Below are positions 18,596-26,200 of a stretch of DNA of 26,200 bases, piece by piece. The stretch spans positions 1 to 26,200 of IMG/VR virus record IMGVR_UViG_3300037991_000061; one strand, 5' to 3'. The position numbers and the translations under genes are program-made. This DNA comes from a virus. Its lineage: Duplodnaviria; Caudoviricetes. Position 1 is the stretch's first letter. Each line of letters opens with the position of its first letter. Below the pieces are notes generated by a model that was not told where the DNA came from, did no database searches, and saw only the letters and a list, made by a program, of their open reading frames with translations.

Positions 18596-18609
18596 AGTTC
18601 AATTGAACT
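18596..18609. promoter_or_regulatory. Perfect 14-bp palindrome AGTTCAATTGAACT in intergenic gap, candidate protein-binding site
   Basis: Read directly between the stop of the 113-aa gene and the RBS of the tail hub gene. Confidence 0.7.
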
Positions 18610-18950
18610 TATCCATTAAGTGCGTCTAAATCATCCCAAACACGTTGAGCATGTGCAGCCGCGTCAAAATCAACTTCGTTTTCCTCTGCATCAAAATCTT
18701 TCCAACTATTCGCTGAAGCTTGTGCAGTAAGGTAAGTCTGTAAATTTGCTTTAGATGTAACTTCTTCAACCGCGCCAGATATATCTGCGCCATCGTCTGA
18801 TATACCAATCATTATCCAATCTTGGGGTGATGCAGTACCACTGTCTGCAACTGGATACATACCACCTGTTGACTGTGAAACACCAAACTTTAACCAAGTT
18901 GGGATCGTGCCATCTGATTCGAGTCTATACTTTACTACTTTATGCGCCAT
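18609..18950 (-). CDS. Hypothetical phage protein (tail module)
   Basis: 113-aa ORF overlapping the upstream gene by 11 nt, GAGGA upstream. Confidence 0.65.
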   Translation of the reverse strand: MAHKVVKYRLESDGTIPTWLKFGVSQSTGGMYPVADSGTASPQDWIMIGISDDGADISGAVEEVTSKANLQTYLTAQASANSWKDFDAEENEVDFDAAAHAQRVWDDLDALNG

Positions 18951-19791
18951 CTGTCTTGTCCTCTAGCTGTGGAGTGTTAGTCAAAGATGTTCTGTCCATG
19001 ATATCAAAACCACGACTGTTTGCAAAGTCTGTTGGGCAGTGCGCCCACTTTTCTGCACAAGCCTCTAACCACTGTACTGTGTGGTGATGCTCTGGTGCTT
19101 TGCCTTGTTTGATAATCTCGTTTTCCCAGTTTAAATATGAAAACACTTCTGCCTGTGCTTGCGCTGCATTGATGCCTAGATCGAAGATATAGATAAGGTT
19201 GCCCTCATCTATCTGACCATTACGACTTCTAGCTGCGTTCAATGCTTGCTTCATGCAAGTCATAATGTGGTACTTAACTTCTTCTAGCTCATAGTCTTCT
19301 TCGGTAAGCTCATCCTTACCGATCTTTTTCATCAGGTTGTCATACTGATTGGTAAAGAAGTTTAGTTTTCTTACTGCACCTTCTACATACCCACGAGAGC
19401 TTGCCGCCTGTGCTTGCTTTTCGTTTATCTTTACCTCAAGCATTTCACGCTCTAGCTCATCTGTCTCAGTTTCAAGCTTGCGCTCTAGCTTTTTAAGCTT
19501 TACTTCTTCTTTCTTCATTTTGAAGTAGCCCTCTTGCAAAGCCGCTTTAGTCTTCTCAATCTCAGCCAAGCTGTGCTTAATAGAACGGATAGGAGTAATA
19601 GCCGTAACATCAAGCGTGACACTCATCATCTGCGAGTGTGACTTGTAGAAATTACTAGATGCCTTTGCGATTGCAGGAGCTTTCTCCTGTATGTTTGCCA
19701 ACATAGATTTGTATTCAGGCTTCGCTTGTGGAAGCTGAATGTTTATGTCGGGCGTAGTAAGTGCTACTTCTTGTGTTGTGTCTTTGGGCAT
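18940..19791 (-). CDS. Helical coiled-coil protein of the tail-adhesin module
   Basis: 283 aa if started at ATG 19791 (TAATG overlap); heptad-rich KKEEVKLKKLERKLETETDELEREML. Confidence 0.7.
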   Translation of the reverse strand: MPKDTTQEVALTTPDINIQLPQAKPEYKSMLANIQEKAPAIAKASSNFYKSHSQMMSVTLDVTAITPIRSIKHSLAEIEKTKAALQEGYFKMKKEEVKLKKLERKLETETDELEREMLEVKINEKQAQAASSRGYVEGAVRKLNFFTNQYDNLMKKIGKDELTEEDYELEEVKYHIMTCMKQALNAARSRNGQIDEGNLIYIFDLGINAAQAQAEVFSYLNWENEIIKQGKAPEHHHTVQWLEACAEKWAHCPTDFANSRGFDIMDRTSLTNTPQLEDKTDGA

Positions 19792-20309
19792 TATGACGGC
19801 TTTGTTGGTAGTGTATGAGTATGAGGCCAACCAGAAGCATCTGGCAGGTCTCTAAGTGATTGACGATATGTTGCCCACTCCGCTTTCTTTTCTGTAGTCA
19901 AAGCAGTATCAGCCACTTGCGTCCAATCAGATTCTGCCAACAACCTTGTTCGCACATCTCTTGCGCTTTCGGCTGCTTCGGCATCAATACGAGCGCGATA
20001 CGCTGTGGTTTGTGCGTCAACCGATTGTACGTTGCCATCATCGTCTGTGTATTCGGTAAACACTGGCCCAACAGAATTAACTGTTATCCAGTTGCCATCA
20101 GAATCTTGCGCTACACCAGACTGAAAACTATACTCGTAAGGCGGGGTTGCATCAGCTTTCGCACTTTCTGTTACAGCATCTGCACCAAGACCGTCTAGAC
20201 GCTCCGCTGTGAGTGTTGATTCTAAAACAGGTCGAGTTTTCTTATGCATGATACGGAAAGTTGTTTCCGTGACTACATCCCCTGTTTCTCTTATTCTTAT
20301 TAGTCCCAT
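19791..20309 (-). CDS. Tail fibre assembly chaperone
   Basis: C-terminal R..RTRLLAESDWTQVAD....KKAEWATYRQSLRDLP...GWP....P.KP is the phage tail assembly chaperone signature; RBS AAGGA. Confidence 0.85.
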   Translation of the reverse strand: MGLIRIRETGDVVTETTFRIMHKKTRPVLESTLTAERLDGLGADAVTESAKADATPPYEYSFQSGVAQDSDGNWITVNSVGPVFTEYTDDDGNVQSVDAQTTAYRARIDAEAAESARDVRTRLLAESDWTQVADTALTTEKKAEWATYRQSLRDLPDASGWPHTHTLPTKPS

Positions 20310-20324
20310 GACTAAGATCCTTTC

Positions 20325-23006
20325 TTATGCAATTGCGTAAAAGAGATAAGTTCCGTTGCTAAAAGCAGATGTTATTGAAAACCCACTAGAATAAGGGTCT
20401 ACCCAATCACCATTCGTGGTATTCGCATTGTCCGTATCTAAGTAGTAATAAGGGTCATCTCCTGCGACAATACCCCTTGTAGTGTCCCAAACACGCCAGT
20501 TAAATGTTCCAGAAGTTTTTTTAATTAAAACATATCTAGCTCCTGAAGTGAACCCACAGTCAATGTTTTGAGCATTTCCATCCGCAACAAAAGTTCCAAC
20601 TTTTGATATGCCTGAAAGTGTCGCAAAAAGATATGCTACATAAGTTGCAGCCGAAGTATTCAAAACACCACCAACGCTAAATTGTGTTGAGGTTGCAACA
20701 TTATTACTTGAGTTACCAAACTGAGCATCTGTGTTTAAATATCCATAATCATTTGTGCCATCAATAGCATCTGTAAATACCCACCAGTTTTCTGTAGCGG
20801 TTCTCTTTTTTATCCACAGCATCTCAGGTTTTACGCCTAAATTGTGGGTTATTGTTTGCTCGTTTGCTCCGCTTGCAGGGCCAGTGCCTCTATATTCAGC
20901 AATGTCAAAGAAACCAGGTGCACGACGCCACATTGAAAGAATGACATTATTTGATGAATTATATAGTGCATGTTTAACTCCATCCATGAAATCAAATTGA
21001 ATCGGCCCTGGACTGTTAGAACCTTCAGCTTCCGTTGAGCTTGTTTTGAGATCTTTTCTTTCTCCACGTTTACGGTCATAAAGATACTTATCCGCACCAG
21101 GACTTAATTGTACATTGATAGCAAGATCCACAGGGAAACCAGTAGTTGCAAAACGATTTGCCTGATAGCCTCCTGCCTGAGACACTAATGAAAACACATC
21201 AGTCGCAGCAGTGGGTGTAGCCATAGGCCCACGTCGAATTGCTATATAAATGTAATCATGACCACTGCCATTTATTTTATCGTCTGCTGTAAGAGGTGTG
21301 AATCCAGTTGCATTAAATTGCATAATCGCACCATGAAGCTCTTCGTTATTAGCATCTGCCACTAAACGAGGGTCATTTGACGATGGATATCCTGTAACTC
21401 CTCTCATACCATCTAACAAGACCCAACGCTCTGAAGTAAGATCAGTATTTTTTACCATGATAAAATCAGGCTCAAAACCCAAGTCTTGGAAAGTACCGTA
21501 AGTAGAAGAACCATTACCTGTATAACTACCACACTTAATTATATCTTGATCTTGAGTGGGGCCAAATTCGCCATCATTATCATTGTGAGCAAATAAATAC
21601 GCAATGTAAGTTCCGCCACTTTTGTTGGTATAGTCTCCAGTTCCTACAGTAAATTGCGTGGAAGTTGGGGCGGTGTCATTCCATATTGTGTTATCATCTA
21701 ATAAATCTCCATTATCATTTAACTTCATCCAAAAGTTTTGAGGAGAACCGCCTCCGTTAAATTGCCTGTGAAACACAGCCCAATCCCTAGCCTCGTTTGT
21801 TTGCTTCACAAAAATAGCGCCTGGAGTGCTCCCTAGATTATGGTTTATGGCTTGTGCTGAACCCGTCCCAGAATATTGGACGATGTCAAAAAATTTAGAT
21901 TTTTCCCTAAATGTCCAAGCAACGTAGCGATCATCATCGGTATTTACTGTGGCCCAATTAAAGAGCCTGAACCCATTAGAGTTTAAGGCTTGTGCGTATC
22001 CACTATTATTTATTTCTGCATCAGTCGAGCTTGATTGTATCATTTTACCGTCACCACGCACACTATCAACAAGTGAATGTGTAGTTGAGCCATTTAGTTT
22101 TTTAATCCAAACCAACCCACCTTTGCCACTTGATCCAGTGAAGGGGCCGAACTCTGATGCAGTGACTGTATTTACTTTTGTAATACTGTGTGAACTACTA
22201 GAATTATCTACAAAAGGTGTATCCCCCTGACAGGTAAGTATCACCGTTCCCGAAACTGCTGTAAGATCAGACGTATAACCACCAGAAGGAGGAGTAACTA
22301 CGCTACCTTTTATAATTCTAAAATTTGATATAAAACCTTGTTTGCCACCATTAATTCCATAACCACTACCATTATCATCATCCCCTATATTCAACGCATC
22401 AGATGATGTTATATTATCAGTTCCAGTAGTACTTGTTGCTAAAGTACCATTTACATATAGTTTAACAGTGCCGCTTTCTCTTGTGATGCAGTATTGATAC
22501 CAATTTCCTGCTGCTCTTGCGGTAGAATCAGTTATAAATCCACCACCATTAACATACATTGTTGAAGTGCCGTCAGTCATCAATTGATAAAGCATACCTG
22601 AACTATAACCTCTAGAGAATACAGTTTGGTATTGACTACCATCTCCCCACCAAGCAAAAAAATCTATTGTAAAATCACCAGTTCCTAAATCAAAATCAGT
22701 AGAACTTGCTATGTCTAAACGACTTGTTGTACTATCAAATCTAGCTGATCCACCATCGTTTGCATTACTTAGCGCAATGCCGTTTTCTATTACCTGTACT
22801 GCACCATTTCCTCTATATGGAAATGCTGAAAAAACTTCTTCGACGTTGGTCACAACATTGCCAACTGTAGGCCATTTGTCTTTCTTTTTAAGCTCTACTA
22901 CTTCGTCTATTGACCAAACCCCTGGAGCAGAGGTTGACTCTAGGTTATTAGCAGGCTCAACAGCCGTGGCTCTAATTATATTTGCCTCGTATCGTTTATC
23001 CGACAT
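20325..23006 (-). CDS. Tail fibre/adhesin with LamG (ConA-like) domain and tandem ~100-aa beta repeats
   Basis: 893 aa; LGTGDFTIDFF...ITRESGTVKLYVNG...GFISNFRIIKG (LamG); repeated FFDI..Y.GTG...I.HNLG..P....K...W...Y.AYLFA units. Confidence 0.75.
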   Translation of the reverse strand: MSDKRYEANIIRATAVEPANNLESTSAPGVWSIDEVVELKKKDKWPTVGNVVTNVEEVFSAFPYRGNGAVQVIENGIALSNANDGGSARFDSTTSRLDIASSTDFDLGTGDFTIDFFAWWGDGSQYQTVFSRGYSSGMLYQLMTDGTSTMYVNGGGFITDSTARAAGNWYQYCITRESGTVKLYVNGTLATSTTGTDNITSSDALNIGDDDNGSGYGINGGKQGFISNFRIIKGSVVTPPSGGYTSDLTAVSGTVILTCQGDTPFVDNSSSSHSITKVNTVTASEFGPFTGSSGKGGLVWIKKLNGSTTHSLVDSVRGDGKMIQSSSTDAEINNSGYAQALNSNGFRLFNWATVNTDDDRYVAWTFREKSKFFDIVQYSGTGSAQAINHNLGSTPGAIFVKQTNEARDWAVFHRQFNGGGSPQNFWMKLNDNGDLLDDNTIWNDTAPTSTQFTVGTGDYTNKSGGTYIAYLFAHNDNDGEFGPTQDQDIIKCGSYTGNGSSTYGTFQDLGFEPDFIMVKNTDLTSERWVLLDGMRGVTGYPSSNDPRLVADANNEELHGAIMQFNATGFTPLTADDKINGSGHDYIYIAIRRGPMATPTAATDVFSLVSQAGGYQANRFATTGFPVDLAINVQLSPGADKYLYDRKRGERKDLKTSSTEAEGSNSPGPIQFDFMDGVKHALYNSSNNVILSMWRRAPGFFDIAEYRGTGPASGANEQTITHNLGVKPEMLWIKKRTATENWWVFTDAIDGTNDYGYLNTDAQFGNSSNNVATSTQFSVGGVLNTSAATYVAYLFATLSGISKVGTFVADGNAQNIDCGFTSGARYVLIKKTSGTFNWRVWDTTRGIVAGDDPYYYLDTDNANTTNGDWVDPYSSGFSITSAFSNGTYLFYAIA

Positions 23007-23965
23007 TAAACGCCCCCATGTGCTGAAGATAGTGCTGATAATTCTTGTTTTGCAACAGTTAAGTCTCCAAAATCAGAGGCGTTTCCTGTTGAGGCTATCT
23101 GAATAGAATCTATAACATTTGAAACTGATCCTGCATTACCACCACCTATGACCGCTCTAGTATGACTACTACATGTTCCAGAGTACCTTCTACCTAAAGT
23201 TAGATCTCCAAAATCCGTTGCGTTACCCGTAGATGCTATCGTTATATAATCTATTACGTTAGTATTAGTTGAGCTTGCTCTGCCTCCAGTAAAAACTGCT
23301 CTAGTAGGAGAGCTACCTGCCCCATTTGCGTATCTTGCTAAAGTAAGATCTCCGAAGTCTGTTGCATTACCTGTCGTGCCAATTGTAACGTAATCAATAA
23401 TATTTGTATCATCTGAAATATACCCCCCACCAAAAACTGCTCTAGTGGGACTCGAAGGAGCACTATCTGAATAAGCTATGTTGGCTGTTCTGTCTCCAAA
23501 ATCTGTTGAATTACCAGTAGAGGCAATGGTGATATATTCAATAATATTTGTGTTTCCACTACCTATTCTTCCTAAAGGCATCACGCCTCTTGTATCATTT
23601 GCAGCGCCCGAACCGAAGTAAGCGGCTTGAGTTAAATCACCAAAGTCTGTTGCATTACCAGTGGACGCGATAGTGACATAATCTAAAACATTTGAAAGGC
23701 CACTTCCCCCTTGATCACCTCCAATTCTGACTCCTCTTGTGCTAGATGAAAGGGATGATAAAGAATTGACACTTTGAGTTAAATCACCAAAGTCTTGAGC
23801 ATTTCCCGCTGTGTTTATATTAACGTACTCTAAAACATTTACACGAGAGCCTCCATCAAGCTGACCCCCTACAAAGATTCCCCTTGCAAACTGAACAGGC
23901 GCAGGCCAATCTGAAGCATTCTGCATCTGCGTTGTGAGCGACCATACACCTTGATAATTTGGCAT
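23006..23965 (-). CDS. Six-repeat (kelch-like) beta-propeller protein, putative receptor-binding/tail protein
   Basis: 319 aa; six ~48-aa repeats TR(G/A)VxxGG...I(D/E)Y(V/I)TIASTGNATDFGDLT; ends in AHGGV. Confidence 0.75.
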   Translation of the reverse strand: MPNYQGVWSLTTQMQNASDWPAPVQFARGIFVGGQLDGGSRVNVLEYVNINTAGNAQDFGDLTQSVNSLSSLSSSTRGVRIGGDQGGSGLSNVLDYVTIASTGNATDFGDLTQAAYFGSGAANDTRGVMPLGRIGSGNTNIIEYITIASTGNSTDFGDRTANIAYSDSAPSSPTRAVFGGGYISDDTNIIDYVTIGTTGNATDFGDLTLARYANGAGSSPTRAVFTGGRASSTNTNVIDYITIASTGNATDFGDLTLGRRYSGTCSSHTRAVIGGGNAGSVSNVIDSIQIASTGNASDFGDLTVAKQELSALSSAHGGV

Positions 23966-25143
23966 TATTGAAGTCCTCCGTGAGCAGTAGACATAGTAGC
24001 ACCCCGAAACCTAGCTTCAGTTAAATCACCAAAATCAGAAGAGTTTCCTGTAGAAGCTATTGTTACATATTCTATACGATTATCTGAGTTAGAAAACATC
24101 GTAAATAGACCTCTTGTGTTATTACTACCTCCTGTACCACCGTTCCCCATCGCAGTCCCTAAATCACCAAAATCAGTCATGTTACCAGTAGAAGCTATCG
24201 TGATGTACTGTATAACATTTGTAGATGAACCACCTCCATATATTCCCCTCGTATCAGATGAAAAAGCAGCACCATCTCTGTTTGCTGATAACATATCCCC
24301 AAAGTCGGTAGCATTACCTGTTGAGGCAATCGTAATGTAGTCAATCGTAGTTTGATCTACACCGTTTAAATTACCTGCACACATAACACCTCTTGTTGGA
24401 GAGGCCAATCCACGAGGACCATATCTACCTTGAGTAAGATCACCAAAATCCGTAGTATTGCCTGTGTTTGCTATTGTGACATACTCTATAATGTCTGAGT
24501 AAGTGCTACCATTTCTAAAACCTCCTGCAAAAACACCCCTTGTGCTATTAGATAGAGCAGAACAAAATCCAGTTACTGTGCCATTTAAATCACCAAAGTC
24601 TTGAGAATCTCCCAAAGAAGTTAGTGTAACGTAAGAAATAAAATTTTCATTTGGGCCACCTGCAAGTAAACCTCTAGTAGAAGAGGCACAACCTGATGCA
24701 TAGTATCCTCTACCTCCGCTAGAAAGATCACCAAAATCAGCAGCATTTCCTGTGGTCGCAATATTTACATAATCCATCGTTACTACATTAGTGCCGCCAC
24801 TATTTCGACCACCTGCAAATACTGCTCTCTGTAAAGAAGGGCTAACACTTCCACTCGCATCACTAGGCGCAGAGTAACCAAACGCATTGATTGCCCAGAC
24901 GTTAAACGTGTAGCTTGTGCCGTTAGATAAACCAGTGACAGTAATCGGAGAAGACGATCCAGACGCGCCCACGCCAGTGTTTGACTGCACTCTAAATCCA
25001 GTAATGGCAGACCCGCCAACATCAGTTGGCGCGGTAAATGCAACGCTTACTTGCTGATCTCCTGCTGTGCCACTAACCCCTGTAGGGCTGTCTGGTGCAT
25101 TTAGCCCATCTTGACCTATAAAGCCGCCTCTACCTCTAGCCAT
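23965..25143 (-). CDS. Fibronectin type III plus six-repeat beta-propeller protein, paralogue of the downstream gene
   Basis: 392 aa; APDSPTGVSGTAGD...GGSAITGF...ITVTGLSNGTSYTFNVWAINAFGYS (FN3), six TIASTGNxxDFGDL repeats, ends in AHGGLQ; RBS AGGAG. Confidence 0.8.
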   Translation of the reverse strand: MARGRGGFIGQDGLNAPDSPTGVSGTAGDQQVSVAFTAPTDVGGSAITGFRVQSNTGVGASGSSSPITVTGLSNGTSYTFNVWAINAFGYSAPSDASGSVSPSLQRAVFAGGRNSGGTNVVTMDYVNIATTGNAADFGDLSSGGRGYYASGCASSTRGLLAGGPNENFISYVTLTSLGDSQDFGDLNGTVTGFCSALSNSTRGVFAGGFRNGSTYSDIIEYVTIANTGNTTDFGDLTQGRYGPRGLASPTRGVMCAGNLNGVDQTTIDYITIASTGNATDFGDMLSANRDGAAFSSDTRGIYGGGSSTNVIQYITIASTGNMTDFGDLGTAMGNGGTGGSNNTRGLFTMFSNSDNRIEYVTIASTGNSSDFGDLTEARFRGATMSTAHGGLQ

Positions 25144-25155
25144 GTGCGACTCCTA

Positions 25156-25533
25156 TTAGTCGGTGATTTGCTCGTAACTTACAATTACTTCTAAATCGTT
25201 TGCTGTACCCGCAGTTGCAGTAATCGAAGTATTCTCTTCAAGATATATTGCGGTGCTCTTGTCCAACACAATCAATGATGCGTCAGCAGGAACAGACACA
25301 GTTGCAACAAGCGAGTATGCTGTGCCGCCGCCTGATGCTGCGCTGTGTACATCTATGGTTATGTCACAAGCATTAGTTCCATCTACGTTAGCAACTTGGA
25401 TCATGTTTACTTTTAAAACATCATCACTAGATGCCGCGTTACTTAGAAGTGTAGTCTGTGATGTTGAACTCAATGCAACCGTTGCGGTTTTTCCTAGTAT
25501 TGAGCTTACATTTACAATATTCGGTGCAGCCAT
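25156..25533 (-). CDS. Small beta-sandwich virion (tail) protein
   Basis: 125 aa, strong RBS AAGGAGG; all-beta pattern (VANVDGTN.CDITI...VSVPADASL.VL....YLEE...SYEQI). Confidence 0.65.
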   Translation of the reverse strand: MAAPNIVNVSSILGKTATVALSSTSQTTLLSNAASSDDVLKVNMIQVANVDGTNACDITIDVHSAASGGGTAYSLVATVSVPADASLIVLDKSTAIYLEENTSITATAGTANDLEVIVSYEQITD

Positions 25534-25546
25534 ATCTTAGCCTCCT

Positions 25547-26200
25547 TTAACCAAAAACAATAGCCATAGCTATGGCTTTACCAGTTCCAATTCCAGCACT
25601 ACCGAAAGAGATAGTACCACTACCATTTGTAACCAACGCCTGCCCATTTGTCCCATCTGATGTGGGAAGAGTAAGAGCCGTTACAAAAGCCTGTAGGTTT
25701 GCGTCATAAGCCAACACATTTGACCCAATCGCAACTCCTAAATTTGTTCTTGCTGTCGATGCACTTGCTACATCTGACAGGTTGTTTGCAGCTAACAAGC
25801 CACCTGTGACAGGCACAGAAGCAAACGTGGATGTAAGATCCACCACCGCTGCGCCAGATCCTGCGCCATCAGCGTATATGATTGCAGACTTGCCGTTTGA
25901 TACACTTACATTTGCACCAGATCCTTGAGAGAATGTAGCTGTTTGCCCTGAATTATTCTTAACAAGATACAATCTTTTTGTATCATTTGGGCTTATTGTA
26001 ATTGTATTTGTACCAGAGGGTGAGCCACCTAAAACAAGAACATGATACTGACCATCTGATGTAGAGCCATCTGATGTAGTCAATGTGTGCGTTGTTCCTG
26101 AGAGTGTTACATCTCCAACACCAACCGCCAAGCGGTCAATGATATCAAAGTTTGTATTGGTTGACGTACCCCATGTTCCAGATTCATCACCTGTAGCAAT
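25547..26200 (-). CDS. Tail fibre-like structural protein, 5'-truncated by the window edge
   Basis: The frame is open to the window end (IATGDESGTWGTSTNTNFDIIDRL precedes the annotated TTG). Fibre motifs NNLSDVASASTARTNLG and LTLPTSDGTNGQALVTNGSG; ends in GKAIAMAIVFG. Confidence 0.75.
   Translation of the reverse strand: MATGDESGTWGTSTNTNFDIIDRLAVGVGDVTLSGTTHTLTTSDGSTSDGQYHVLVLGGSPSGTNTITISPNDTKRLYLVKNNSGQTATFSQGSGANVSVSNGKSAIIYADGAGSGAAVVDLTSTFASVPVTGGLLAANNLSDVASASTARTNLGVAIGSNVLAYDANLQAFVTALTLPTSDGTNGQALVTNGSGTISFGSAGIGTGKAIAMAIVFG

Noticed and set aside
19792-19830. Longer start for the coiled-coil gene given in the ORF track
   Set aside because: It would overlap the chaperone gene by 40 nt; ATG 19791 gives the TAATG coupling typical of this operon.
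23006-25143. Possible DGR template/variable repeat pair between the paralogous propeller genes
   Set aside because: No long near-identical repeat with adenine-only differences was seen, and there is no reverse transcriptase in the window.
2073-25540. Numerous short plus-strand and nested minus-strand ORFs in the track
   Set aside because: They overlap well-supported minus-strand genes and show no recognisable motifs.
26129-26131. TTG start of the last ORF
   Set aside because: The frame stays open to the window edge with plausible protein sequence, so the true start is upstream of the window.
1-26200. Rho-independent terminators, tRNAs, introns/inteins, integrase or att sites
   Set aside because: Intergenic gaps are at most 53 nt with no GC-rich stem plus U-tract or cloverleaf. 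No intein or homing endonuclease motif was recognised by eye.

Overview
This window is part of the late (virion morphogenesis and lysis) operon of a tailed dsDNA phage, probably a podovirus-like phage of a Gram-negative host. All 21 supported genes lie on the minus strand and most are tightly coupled by TAATG/ATGA overlaps. In transcription order they are: tail-fibre/adhesin genes (two paralogous six-repeat beta-propeller proteins, a LamG plus repeat-domain adhesin, a tail assembly chaperone), a P22 gp10-like tail hub, a Zn-ribbon protein, a protamine-like Arg/Ala/Ser repeat protein, a lysis cassette (small membrane proteins, holin-like protein, thermonuclease, GH19 endolysin), and internal/ejection proteins ending in a 2674-aa large polyvalent protein. 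Four signals stand out. (1) The palindrome GTTCAATTGAAC recurs (3 exact and 2 one-mismatch copies) and occupies both long intergenic gaps. (2) The Lys-free protamine-like protein. (3) Three LYSR motifs fall at the apparent domain boundaries of the polyvalent protein, downstream of its HExxH protease. (4) A [MFY]A[DEK]G[GD] motif is shared by the internal proteins. Family assignments come from motif recognition by eye, not from database searches.
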